A stretch of DNA of 64,000 nucleotides from Phoronis australis (Eukaryota > Animalia > Phoronida). The notes beneath the pieces were generated by a model, which was not told the DNA's origin, searched no databases, and was given only the letters and a program-made list of their open reading frames with translations. Location: positions 351,472 through 415,471 of the forward strand of contig NMRA01000060.1 in assembly GCA_002633005.1 (NCBI GenBank), in the 5' to 3' direction. This document shows, in pieces, positions 1 through 14,200 of the stretch (the first letter of the stretch is position 1; each line of letters starts with the position of its first letter). Position numbers and translations under genes: made by a program.

Positions 1-1211
1 CCCACATATTTGTATGTGGACGCATTATGCCGTCATCTCCGTCCGGCGTCACACGTCCGCTGCTCTACCTCCAAAACCCTTTGACATACGTTCATAGAAT
101 TTAGTACATACGTTCCTTTCATGGATGGGACCGCATGAAGGAACTTTCAGACGGATCCGACTACCGATGTGCCCCCTAGTGGCAATTTTATTTTTTTATG
201 CTTACCTCTATATCTTCAAAGGTTCTCAACGGATTTTCATAAAATTTGGCATATAGGCATCTATTGGTGAGATGATGCTATCCTCCAGTTTTTGGATGAA
301 ATTGACGAAGTTTGCGCCACCTAGTGGCCATTTTTTGCTGTTTTTGAGTTTTTTTTTGGCGTCCACCCATCTATCAACCAAACCACTCAAAGGATGATTG
401 TAAAAATTGGCATGTATGTTTTTACTATGAAGAGGGCGGCTGACGATAATTTTCCGAGGATTTCGTGTACTGCGGTGCCTCCTAGTGGCGGTTTTGTGTT
501 TTTTTTGTCCATGGCTGTATCTCCTAAACTGTTGGCAGGATCTTTATTAAATTTAGCAAGTGTATTTATATGATGACATTTGGACGCATCTGACTACTGG
601 TGTGCCCCCTAGTGGCAATTTCATTTTTTTACGTCTACCTCTGTATCTTCAAAGGTCCTCAATGGATTGTCATAACATGGCATGTAGGCATCTATTAGTG
701 AGTTGACGCTATCATCCCGTTTTCAGATGGAATTGATCTAGTTTGCGCCACCTAGTGGCATTTTTTCCTGTTTTCGAGTCTGGTTTTTGGCGTCCACCCC
801 TCGATCAACAAACCATTCTAAGGATGATTTTGAAAATTGGCATGTATGTTTTTCAGTGTGACGAGGGCGATTGCATCTCTGTAACACACTGCATGATCTT
901 TATTACATTTAATAATTGCATTTATAAGAAGCTAACAAAACACAAAGTCTTTTAGGCCGATCCAATGAATGCTGTGCTCCATAGTGGCAATTTCATTTTT
1001 TCAGTTTTCCTTCGTTTCTCTGAAGTTCGACAGATTTTTATAAAATTTGGTGATAGCTTTCTATTAAAGCGGTGTCATTTTCCCGTTTTCAGGTAGATTG
1101 GATTTTTTGCGCCATCTAGTGGCTATTTTTATGAAACAAAAAAACAACCCTAAAAGCACACCATATGCGGTGCATTCGTGGGCGCGTTTCAACGCTCCGC
1201 ATTGCTCTTGT
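1..1211 (+). mobile_element. Helentron-associated (HINE/DINE-like) non-autonomous element with internal tandem array, truncated by window start
   Basis: 5' palindrome CCCACATA..TATGTGG followed by CCGTCC-type motifs. Internal array of ~130-160 bp subunits with a ~432 bp higher-order period (169->602, 314->745). 3' hairpin and ...CTCTTGT end near 1210. Family assignment is inferred from architecture. Confidence 0.6.
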
Positions 1212-2250
1212 ATATTATATTGTCACTGAGTTTAAATGTTGTCATTATGACATTTAATTATAAACCAAAGCTCGAAAATAGGATGAGTGGTGGTAGTCAT
1301 GCAATAATTCTAAAATCAGTGAATGTTTATTTTAGGATAATTTTACTGATGCCGTAGTGTCTCTACCATATTTTGCATATTTTTTTTTGAAAAATGTTAC
1401 TAACAGCTTGTGTATAAAATAAGTTTTTGGAGACTGTGATGCAACGGTGTTCCAGACGGGATGAGGATGTAATGTGCTAGTGTTTATGACCTTGTGTATT
1501 TTAAAAGATTTATTTTTATATTATAACCAGGAAAGGTTTGAATAATTAGCAGTTAAAATTGATGGTGATTGTTTTATGTGATTAAAAACATTGTACAAAG
1601 AACAGAATTTGTGTTTTTGTTTAGTAACAGTACGCAGCTGCAATAAACGGACAACATGCTTTGTGCCTGACAAGACAGGTCATTACCAAATATTCTGACT
1701 GTGAATTCTGCTGGCACTTGTCCATCGTGACCAGGAGTTCTGCTTATTAAGTTCTTGTGATCTTGATGGGGCTTTTTGTGTTGGATTATACTCATTATGT
1801 ACTGTAGATTTACATTAATTGTGCGAGTACAACTTGGAAGTGTTGAAAATGAAGATTGACATAAGATGATGGACGCTGTTTACCATTTAATGAGTGGAAC
1901 TGGAAGAAGCTTACATGGTGATGTTTGGTGGTCACATTAAACATTAAAATGCATTACAGAGATTTTTATAAATAATATCATCATGTGTCATAATGTCACC
2001 TCACTAGATAACAACAACTAATTACATAACTAGTTTACCTTGCCAGTCGCATATTATTCTCTCAGAGAATTCTAAATGACTATATGAATAATCGTGATTC
2101 CAACTCACAGAAGAACTGTATTGTAAGCCCTGCTGCACCATTACGGCATAACATTCTTATAACAAAAATAACTTAGAAATTAACAGAAATGCAATTCAAA
2201 TACCAAAACAAACACTTTATTTGATAAAATGTACCTGCTAACACGAGTAT

Positions 2251-5200
2251 TCAGGTCACATGCCTGATATCTATTTTATCGACAACTGCCACTCCACTGT
2301 AACTCCGCCCCGTTGTCATGGAGTTGGTTAGAAGAGTCCACGTGTCATTCTTAGGGTTATAGCATTCTACAGATCCAAGATTTGACGACCCGTCATCCCC
2401 ACCGATTACATAGAGCAAACCATTGTTGGATACCACACCTGTGAATGCGATTTTACGGGTTATAGTGTTTACTCTGACATAGATTATAAATAAATGTTAA
2501 AAGATGCTTTCAACTATATTCTGGAGTCAAACAATTTTATTTACAGGTTTGCTTCTAAAAAGCATTATCATGTTCTTATCTTTTCTTTGAACTGCACCTG
2601 GAATTCTCACGAGGGTCATGCTGCCTTCGTGATTGAAACTACGTGTTATGACAAGTAACGGTAATGAGTCTACTCTGAAGCAATAACAACCCGTCTGTTC
2701 TCAAACCAAGATATTGTTTCTTATTTGAGTGAAGAACAAGTCAATGAGACAAATTTTGTTACTGTAATTAGGTCAAATATTGTTTTTTGATGTAAAGTTT
2801 GGGGTTTTCTTGACCCAAAACTATTACTGCTAAAGAATAACGATCAAGTCCCAATAAATCTCCATACAGTGTTTGGGCTATTTTCAGCCATTTCGCTTCC
2901 AGTGCACAAAATGATAAGCCTGTAGATTTAAAGCGGAAGAGGATCGGAAAATGCTGGCAGCCAAGTTTTTAGGGTGAATACCTCCCTGTCCTGTGACATC
3001 AGGGTGACCTCATATGGTCAGTGTCATTCTCGCCAGTTTGGACCCCCACTATTCAAACACTAGATGAGTTCCTGTTTCAGCATTCCATTTCGCAAATCCT
3101 GAGCCAACCGTACTGCGTGCAAGATGATAAGTTACAACAAATGTTGCTTTCAACAACCATTTAAGTAAAATCTGGAGAATTTCATTGTAACACAGTTTGA
3201 TTTTATCACTACCTATTCACACCTGCGGGAGAGTCTTACCTGCATTCCTGCGACACAGGTGCATATTGGCCACCTGCATCCACACCTCCTTCTCAGGGTT
3301 GTACATCTCCACACTCTTTCTCACCAGGGGTCCATCGTGACCCCCCACTGCATACAGCTGTCCATCAATAACACCCACACCTACAACAGGTTAGTGTGAA
3401 ATGAGTGTTATGATTATTACTAAGTTTGATGTTATTTGCTGTGATAAAGTTCTTCAATTTGTGACAAAACTGCTAAAATTGTATTTCTTCCATTATTGAA
3501 AGGTAGTAATAGTTGCAAAATCCTTACATTCTAACTAAAACACCATTGGATGGCACCTATATACAGAACAAATCATACTTATAATAAAGTGAGGATATTG
3601 AAAAATATCCAAAAATCTCAAATTTTCCAGCATCTTGTGTCTAAAAATGGAAGAATTTGCCTTTCTTGCTTCTACACACATGCTAAAGTGCGTCACTAAA
3701 CAATTATGTTTTTTTCATCTTCCTCAGAATGTAGTGTTTGAAAATGGCCGACTATACAAAACGTAATCCTCACTAATGAAACTGCTTGTCTAAAGAGCAG
3801 TTACTGGTTAATGACCACAGCTCAGGTTACAGCCAACGGTGCTGCTATAACTAGACTGTTTATACTTCTATATAACATATAAATTAAACCCAATTTACCA
3901 GCACCGCTACGCCTACAGGACATTTCAGGTATGATAGCCCAGGTGTCATTCTCAGGGTTGTAACACTCCACTGATGACAGACATTGTCTGGAGGTGCCGT
4001 CATATCCTCCCACAGCGTAAAGTAAACCTGCATGCAAAGATACATTGTGGACTAGATAACTATCTCACAAAATTAACACAGAATTCTTTTCAGGCCCCTG
4101 TTTAGTACCTGGCTAATTACAGGAATATGTTTAGTTCATGGCTTTAGAAACTTGGTCTGTACCATGGTTGTGTGTACTTCATCAATACATTTGTACAGAT
4201 TGCTGATGACAAAATCCTTTGATAACTGAAAACTGATCTACCTTCATTGGTGTCAAGCAGGGCAATTACTTCATTAGCAATGACTTTAGGGCAATGAAAT
4301 ATTGGCTGAAATAAATTAAACTACCATGGACTAAAACAGGTGATTTGTGCGACCTGTTTGACCTCCAAAATTGAATTCCCTGTGAATGTTTTTTTTCGAA
4401 GAACTACAATAAATAATGGCCAACAACAATTTAGTTAAAAACCTTTGATACCCATTGATGAAAGTAGTTCCACTGAGTTTTTGTAACAAGGATACATAAA
4501 TGGTTTATGACTTGTGATCTCTAACATAAGAATGCTTCTAAATAGACTAATAAAGCTGTTATTTGATCTTGGAAATCGGTTTTTTCCGGAGTTGAAACTG
4601 TACAGGGGATCTTTGTATTGGGGAATATGGAATTAAAAACGAAAATGACAAGCACTGCTTTGAATATTTAATTCATTAGATGTATGTAAAGACATGAAAT
4701 AAACAGTAAGTTGTGCATCTCAAAGGCCCAAAAGACAGAAACTCAATTTATCATATCAAGATCAATTTATTACAAAGATACATTGGCAGCTGTCCAAAAG
4801 GTGATTTTTCAGTCAGCTAAAAGGTACTCCATAGTCTCCGACTCTTTACTGCGGCAACTTCATTAATTTATGTCTAGATATGGCAGCAGTTGACCTGACA
4901 CAAATGTGCCATTGTACGTCATGTATAGGTTACACCCCCAATAGCTCTTAAACAGCACACGCAGCACCACCTCTCCTACCACACTTGCTCTGATACTGAT
5001 TGATGTCACAATATGGTAATTACTGACGCCACGGCCAACAGTATGTCAGCTGCTACGGACACCGTGAACAATTCTCAAACAGCATACCCAGCACCACCCC
5101 TACTACCATACTACTTATTTCGGCACTCATTGGCGCCAAAGCCCATTGTATGTCAATTGCTAGTAACACCCGAACAAATATCTTACCTTGCACCACCCCT

Positions 5201-8200
5201 ACGCCAACGCTACTTCGTCTGGTACTCATTGGAGCCACGCCATGCCACTCGTTGGCTTTGACATCATAACACTCCACACTGTTCAAGCCTAACGGTAAGA
5301 GGCAGTATTATAACATTTAATTACAAGCAGGGTAACAATCGCATGCTGAGATGACAACCATTTTGATGGCATTTTAAAAATTTACTGGTTATTGGAATGT
5401 GGTTTAATACAGAGTTTTAGATAAGATTGCTCCACTCTAGACACATAAAATAGCTCCCAAATATAGCTGTCCAGATGTTTTCTTAAACAAATTGATCTGC
5501 GCAATATTCAAAATCTTCAGTCCTTATTTGTTTCACCAACCTGTGTTTGCCTTTTCTCCCAATGTTCCTAATTTCATTTGAGACCTCAGGGGCAGATCCA
5601 GGATTTTGAGTTGGGGAGGCCCAGGGCAGAGTATTAGCCAGGATTTTGCACGTCAGACATTCGCACCCCCAAACTGCAAAATGGAATCTGGGAGAATTTT
5701 AGGGGTGCCATAGCCCCTTGAGCCCCCCTAAATCCGTCACTGGACCCAGATGCCAGTGACAAAACACCATCCCACAATTACCTGATGATCCATCGAATCC
5801 CCCCACTGCATAGATGAAACCATTTAGAACTGCAGCTCCGAGCGTGCTTCGTCTAGCCTCCATATTAGTGACAGACCGCCATGTGTCCTTGCCACAATCG
5901 TACACTTCCACGGTGCGAACACGAATAGTACCGTTGAAGCCTCCAATGGCGTATACCAGATTGTTTATAACAGAAACACCTGTAAGACAAGACAGCCAAG
6001 CTCGAAGAATCAGAAATTTCAATAACAAATTTGATGACAAAACCACATTCTATATAAGATCGAAGAAAACCTTCATACGAGGTACATTAAATAGCAACAG
6101 TCTGAAAACTTAAGATGAATTCTTATTTGATTTACCATTAAATTATTCAGAGAATTACACATCTGCAATAAAATTGTTATTAAAACACCTACCACAGCGA
6201 CATCTTCTGGTGGGCATCTCTGCCACCTGCGACCATTTCTCTTCTTTAAAGTCATAACACTCAACGCTGCGGATAGCTTTAGGAGCTTGACCACCTATGA
6301 CTAGCATCACCTTACCAACAGAAAAGACAGAAAATAAGGACAGCACTGCATTGCTGTTCACAAAGTGTAACAACTTGACTACTGATCAGCTCCGTTAGAC
6401 CATTTTACAACTATCTACCTGGATTCATGCAATTTACAAGTTGGGTAATGCCATTTCAAGATAGGCAATTAAATTTCAGTTGGTCTTAAGTTTTCCACAT
6501 TGTAATTAGACTGGAACCAAGCTCCAGCAACAGGGAGAGAATGACACCACAAAGAGCTAGAAAAATTCAGCCCACAATCTCACAACCTTACACGACTGTG
6601 TAATCTAGTACTTCAACCACTAGAGAGCCCTGGTTAAACCGAAAGACTTATGCTGTATATTCAAGTGAACTATATTCTCTACAGATTATCAACCCATAAA
6701 AACACTAGAATTATTATTGAATATGTCTGAATAGAATTAAAATTAAATAAACTTAATCAAATCTGAGTAAAACCCTTCATCTAATATAACCGTACCTTTG
6801 GAAGACCGATGGGACTGCGTGGCTTTGTGCGCGGTGTCTTGTAAGACGCCTTCGACTCTCCCTTGAGCAAGTGGAACTTCATGGCCTCTATTAACAGGTC
6901 CTTACATGCTGAGTTTGTCTTGATCAGATCCTCTTCCTCCACAGTTTGCACTAAGTACTCCTGGGATAGCAGCGGTAGACGAACGTTCTGCATTAGTTGG
7001 GCTATCATCTCGTTACGCCGACGATAGTCATGCTTGATCCATTCAATGATTGCCTCGAACACCTGACGTGCAGAGAACACATAGTGAAGACAAGTCACTA
7101 CAGGAACATTAGCTGTCAGTGGGAAAGGAATTGAGCTCTAAATTCAGGCAAAACATGGGAAAATTTAGGCAAATATTAATTAAACTTTCAGGCAAATCTA
7201 TCATTTGCTACGCAGACCGAAAAGTCCAAACATGCTGCCCTCTGGTGGTCATATCCCTTGAACGCCACTCCCTGTGCATATCATCAATGTATTCACCCAT
7301 AGCACCCAGCAAGATTATCTCTTTTTTAAAAAATTGAACACCATAACTTATTCAACTGTAACGAAAGTTCCTAAACTAAGCCCCCAAATTTGGGATTCCC
7401 AAGAAGAGAATAATTCAATGACATATCATGTAAATTCGTATTATCAAATAATTATGTCAATCTCTGTATTACCTAGTTAGCTTTTCATTAGAAATTAAGT
7501 ATGAGTGGGTGGACTATTTCAGTAAAGGGGAGTTTATTGCGTAAGTGGTTCTGTCAAGAGTTTATAGTTGCCCCTCTCAGGGGGGTTAAATCCCCTGCAC
7601 CCCCTATAGATTTGCCTCTAGAAAATCAGTTTGAAAATATATCCTATAGCAATATAAACTAGAAAGATTATTGTCACGGCGTGACAATAATGGACTCTGC
7701 GCGTGCGTATTAAAGGAATTGTTATGGGAAGTTACTGACAGCAACCCCGTTTACCAATATGAAAAGAAATTCTTTAAAATTGTAGGAGTAATTTCATGTT
7801 AATGTTTTGATGACCTTTCCACTAACTGACCTCTTCCGGTGCATTATGAACCCCAGTGAGGGAATAATTGTACAACCAATTTAAAGTATAGTTAATGCTA
7901 AGAATCACAGGTGTTTTGCTTTAAGCACTTAAGAATACAACATGAATGAATNNNNNNNNNNNNNNNNNNNNNNNNNNNNNNNNNNNNNNNNNNNNNNNNN
8001 NNNNNNNNNNNNNNNNNNNNNNNNNNNNNNNNNNNNNNNNNNNNNNNNNNNNNNNNNNNNNNNNNNNNNNNNNNNNNNNNNNNNNNNNNNNNNNNNNNNN
8101 NNNNNNNNNNNNNNNNNNNNNNNNNNNNNNNNNNNNNNNNNNNNNNNNNNNNNNNNNNNNTCAGAAAACTTGCTGATTGAAAAGGTCAAATTTTCAGAAG

Positions 8201-11200
8201 TAAAATGCACCTAATGACCCCATGTTTGCACTAAATGACCTGAAACTTTGGATTCTGATTTGATTTACCTGTGGCAATCAGACCTGTCAATTTGAAGTGT
8301 CTAGCTCAAAATTTTAGTTTGTACCTAATGACCTTTGACCTATTTCACCTGATTGGATGACCCGATTACTTAGAAAAGTAATTTTTTAAATTGTCATGTT
8401 GACTTATACCTGTGCACCGAATTTGAAAAAGATAGCTTTAAAACTGAAGGAGGAGTAGCATTTTGAAAATTATATGACCTTTGCACCAAACGACCTCTTC
8501 CGGTGCAATATGGAATATGATTATATAACCAATCAAAATTTATATACTGTCAAAAGTCATATGCTGAATTTAAAGACCATACCTGTACCCAATTTGGAGT
8601 TATTAAGCCTCAAACGTGGTCGGAAGAAGAATAAGAATAAGAATAAGAAGAATAAGAATAAAACTGAAGAAAACCCAGGAACAACAGTACTCTGCGCTTA
8701 CACGCGCAGAGTAATAACATGAAATCACACACTTGATCAGGTCAAAGAATCACAGCACAGTAAAAAATATCATACAATAATTCAGGAAGAAACTAAGGTT
8801 TTTGGTAGACTTCCCTATGACATCACATTTCTTCATCAAAAGATGCCAAAAAGCTACAGGGTGACCCAAAAACTGAACTGATAACTCTATATTTTTCATA
8901 TTTGTTGCACTTAAACTTCAGTCCATCAATCTTCTCACAAAGTTTCAACTACACAAGTGCAAAAGAATCAGGAATAAGAATTTCATGTAAAAATTTGTGG
9001 GTTATCCTGTAAAACCCAAACACAAACTTTTGCCGCTGTTTTTAGTGACTTGAAAGGATACCAACACAGTTTTAGCCCATTAAGCGATATTAGCAATCAC
9101 TTTCCATCCAGCCCTCTAAAATTTAACAATGCCCAGAAACCCTTGTCACCCCGCAAAAGTCTGGAGCAAATTTGAAAACTCCCGAAGTCGGCAAAACTGG
9201 CAAGCATCACATAAGCTTTAGGCAAGTTACACGACAACTGTGGGGAGAGACCACGCACGAATCGAGCCAAATATCTATTCTGTGACACAACGAGAAAGTG
9301 TTTTAGTTGAATCCTGCTTTAATCAGGCAAAGATGCTAATGGTGCATTAGCAGGGGACAGACTGAGGATTGGTCGAAATCATCAAAACGGGGTTTTAAAC
9401 AAAATGGTAGTGTGTGCATCACCTGCTCTTCTGAGATGACTGATAGTCTGTCGCTGGAAATCAGCTTGCATACTTGAGCGCACGACAAGTTCATGAACTC
9501 ATCATGTTGAACAACGTCACTGAAAATATAGATCAAACAACATTTTCATGACATCTCCACGCTATGCTACAAGGAGTGCTCATTTCAGTACACATTAAGT
9601 AAAGTTCTGATAGGCCCATAATGGGTTGTGTACGTAGAAAAATACACTGAGTAGATTTGAGGGACATTATCAGTTTTATGAGTGAAATACACTTTTTGAA
9701 GGACAAGATAGACTTCTTGAAAATAATAGCTTTGAACAGCTATAAAACAACAAAAATCCAAGTTTTTGTCGTTTTATTACAAATCGCCAATTCTCATCAT
9801 TGTCTGCCAGACATTTGCTGAAATCAAGGTCGGTGTCTCTACTATTCAAATATGCTGAAAATACTCTGCCACTTAATGCATGTGTTTTTCCTCAGTGACA
9901 GTGTTCAGCTGCTACTGGGGAGCTAGACGGTACAATTCCACATTACTGCTCATTCCTTTAAAATTACATTTCTCGCCGAGCATGCCCCTTAAACAAGAGA
10001 AGCACATGCACCACTGATAATTTGCCCTTTTTGACAATTTCTTGTTGTCAGCATTACAACTCAAAAGCGATTACTATATAATCATTAAGTTTGCCTGCAT
10101 TGAAAATTTGATTGATTACATTTGCACGTGATGTGTTCGACCACAAGTGTTGCATTGTGGGTAAATACCTCAGAATAATAGAGAACACACCTATCGAAAG
10201 CGCTTTTGGAAGTAAAATATTGGCAACTTCAAACAAAGCTGAGGTGGGTTAATGCCAAAAATATCACCCATCAGTTCCCCCCCCCCCCATACATAGTACA
10301 ATAAATATTGAAAAAACAAACATTTTCAACAACGTTTTATTTCGGAACTTGAATTATTTTCATTGCAATATTAAATCGAATCAAACAAACACATGCAATG
10401 AACAATGTATATGTACCGCCACAACAGACACATTGGTTGTCCACCACAGTTGCGCTCTTACAGTGTGACTGTAAGATGAATCAGGGCCCAGAAGTGTCAC
10501 TATCTTTTACACAGGCGACCTAGTTCTCACCTAAAGTGCTGCTCCGTGTACGTCTGTGCAACCAACATCAGCTCTGTACAAGCGTGAAGATCAGCAAAGG
10601 CACGAATGCCAAGCGCATTGGAGGGGTGCAGCTGTGACTGAAGGAAGTCACAGCAGGCGTCCCGCACTTCCATCAGTTGGAGAAGGTTGGCAGCTGGCAG
10701 CAATGTCTAAAGTGACCAAGAGATGGCGTGTAAGAGACTGAGGATTTACAAAATATTTTCTAAAGTAAAGCAAGCATTTAATCCGCCACAGAGATAAGAA
10801 ACTAAAATAGGACTTGGCATTTTTTAGTAATTTGGACCATACTTGATAAAAATTTTATGGAGAGACTAGACAGATATGTGCATACTAAGCAATACCAGCT
10901 GTTCTGAAAAAATCTGCCTAATCTAGAAATGTCATACAATTTGCGGTATGAGAGGCAGGGCCTCACAGCCAATGCTATAATAATTTCCAATCAAACTTTA
11001 CCATTGTATTATGTTGCTGCACCTTCAGAATTATCTCTTGTAATTTTTATATACTTCAGTAATCATCACTTTTATATAATTGTTATCATAGTTGTTCATC
11101 TGCCTACATATAATGTTATCGATTTGCAGGCAGTAATTGTATCCCTTATTGTTCAGTTTCTTACAAGATGGAATAAACAGTTATCTAAGACAGTTTACCA

Positions 11201-14200
11201 GACAGTGTGCTAAAAAAAGAAACAATGTTGTGTCCAAGACAAAAATTATGGCTTCTGCGCAAATTGTCTTGGGTCTGCGTGTAATGGGAGGACTCAGACT
11301 ATAGAGTATCTTGGGTCTGCGTGTAATGGGAGGACTCAGACTACAGAGTATCTTGGGTCTGCGTGGAATGGGAGGACTCAGACTATAGAGTATCTTGGGT
11401 CTGCGTGCAATGGGAGGACTCAGATTATAGAGTATCTTTCACATGGTCCTTGCCTTGTAGATCAGCTGCTCTGAATCGCTTCACACTATGAGTGACAGAA
11501 GTGTATTTATCCGCTACTTGGCCCAATTGTCGTAACTCATTTGTAATTTTTAGAAATAAATGCTGCTACCAATACAACTACAGGGCCCCAAGCATTGAAA
11601 ATTTGTAGACACAATCAATAAACAGAGCGATGTTCACTCACCTGCACATTTTCTTCAGTAACCTGTATCTCTGACGTGTACACAAAGTCAATCAACAGTT
11701 CAAGAGCCTTGCCGTCCACTTCCTGTAACGTGATACGGCTTGCCGTGGCCTCGGTTAGATCTCCCGTAAACATAGCACAGAAGTATGAGCTGCACGCCGA
11801 CAGAACGGCCTTGTGGGCTGGGATCTCTACCACATCTGCCACCAGGGTGACGTCGCACAGCAGGCCTTGTCTGGACAATGGAAGCATAAACAGGATCAGT
11901 GCTCAGGAGCAAAAATATCCAAAAATGAACAAAAAAGTTAATATCAGATCAATGCAAGGTTTTTGGCATTCATTGAAGATACTCGTTCCTTTGTTTCTAT
12001 AAATTTAGAAAACAGATTATTACAACGCTTTCATGGGAGCGCAGATAGGATGTTTGAATTGGAAATCAGATCTGCCGCTTAAAGGGGAAGGCAATCATTC
12101 TTAATGTCATTTTTGGTTAAATTACAGGGTAAATATTGCCAATTGGCTATTGCTTGAGACCACGCACAGTGCGTAAAATGACACACCGTGATAATCCAAC
12201 TTGAAGAGTCCGGTTTCGGCCAATCCAACTTGACAAGACTGGTATCAATCAATGACAAATTGTCAGTTCCCTACATCACCTCTTAGTTGACTAAAAGAAC
12301 AATTTGATACCAATTTCATAATGGTAAGTGGCCTAAGTCAAGAATATAACTTGTGATAGAATGGAAGGCAGGTTTTACAGTAGCTTTAAACCTAACTTTT
12401 ACGTTCACATGTTCCAAAACTTACAGAAAAACAGTCTGATAAAAAGGAACAAGTTAAAACATACTTCCTGAGGACATCAAGCACTTCAAATGCCTTCTGG
12501 GTATGTAGCGGCTGCCTGTAGGCAGGTCTGTTACTGACCCCGGACTGTAGAGGGGGCAAGTGCATGAACTTCATTGACTCCGCCTCGTCCGCCATATTTC
12601 TGGTGTAAATAACTTAAAAAGAAATAATTATTTCTTTAAAAATGATATTTGACATGATATTCTAAACTGTCAGACACACTTTGAAAACTGTGTACAGAAA
12701 ATTACCTGAACGGGTAATAAAAATAAACTAAAATTACATTTAAAGATGATATGGACATCAATGGCATCCAAATGTATCCCTCTACATCTAACAGGTACTT
12801 ATCGCAATGTGGCTTTCATGGTTTAGTTAAGGTGAGGTGTAATTTGCTGAAAAGGTTCCTGTATACAGGCCTATTGGGATATGGCCACCTGTCAATGTGT
12901 GCCAGCAGCAGGAAAAATCAGTCTAGTTGGATAGCTATTTTCACAGTTGACCATTCTACAGATAGACTGTCACATAGACTGTTGGATGCTAGTCATTCAA
13001 AACATTCTAATGAAACCAACCAACGAAAACCAAAAGCACACAGCAACGTTTCCAGCAAGCCAGTGGCTTGATAAAAGATACCGTCAAACCTTGTTACAGT
13101 GTAAATCATTAAAATTATTTTTTGTTTATTTAAGTATCATGCTACATATCAGTAAAGTTTTAGGTGTAGATCTTACTAACACTTATATGCCTTCTAGTTT
13201 AACTGATTTGAATTTGAAAAGTAGAATTTTAGAAATTCAAAGTTCTAGATATAGAAATGAAGTGAATAGACAAAAACATGACTCATGTCAAGACAAGAAA
13301 ATGTTGACTTGTGAAAGGAATTTAAGTCACTAGTTCATGTCACGGTGGGGAATCTCATCCCTGGCACGAATGTGACATGACATACAGTCCAATAAAACCT
13401 TTCCAAGCTGTTTGCCAAGTGTTGTATCACATGACATCTGGTTGTGTAATAAAGCCTCTACAAGCCGGTTGCCAAATGGAAACTGCCTCTTAGCTGAATG
13501 GTTCGAACAATCTCATGTTTCAGTACATCAAAAATCACCCACACACTAAATGCAAATACCTTTTGCAAGTTTTATTTTTGGATTTAGCCCAAGAAAACAA
13601 AGTCACCCCTGACCAAGTTGTGGTGACTTTGACCTTAATAGCATAGACTTAAGTGGGAGGTCACAAGCTCCAATAAAAAGTTTTATGAATAATTAATCCT
13701 CCCAGACTATTCTTTCTTACAGAAGGCAGAGAATTATGCAACAAAAGGACGTACTCATTAGATTGTTTCCACTTAAACGGCTGTAACGGGCAAGGTGAGT
13801 GTTGCCCGACTCCCAGATTTTGTATGCACCCCTGTTGGTCATTAGCTCTACATGTTGATGTTGTAGATGTGGTTTCAGTGAATATTATGAGAGCCTCTGC
13901 TACCCGCTCACTACTCACACCGTGACAGGCAATATGCCAATTAGCTGAATGGTAAGCACGCTCGCCAGTTTTATTGGGGTTGCTGGTTCCATTCTCGGCC
14001 AGGTAATCACTAACAATTAGTGTAGTTAGCAAACGAATGATATACCGAGGAAGCACTGCCAACCAGTACCCTGAGACCTTGTGTGCATTGAATGGTGATA
14101 TAAATGTTCCAGAAGTCGAGGACCTGTATGAGAGACAATATTTTCACCTTCCTGGTCCGTTCATAGGTAATGGGGGAATGTTAATGATGTGCTTCTGGTT

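Noticed and set aside
7929-8214. ORFs made of X residues
   Set aside because: Artefacts of the N gap.
11267-11437. CRISPR-like appearance of the 42-bp repeats (also 48139-48632)
   Set aside because: Head-to-tail units without unique spacers, intronic, in eukaryotic DNA.
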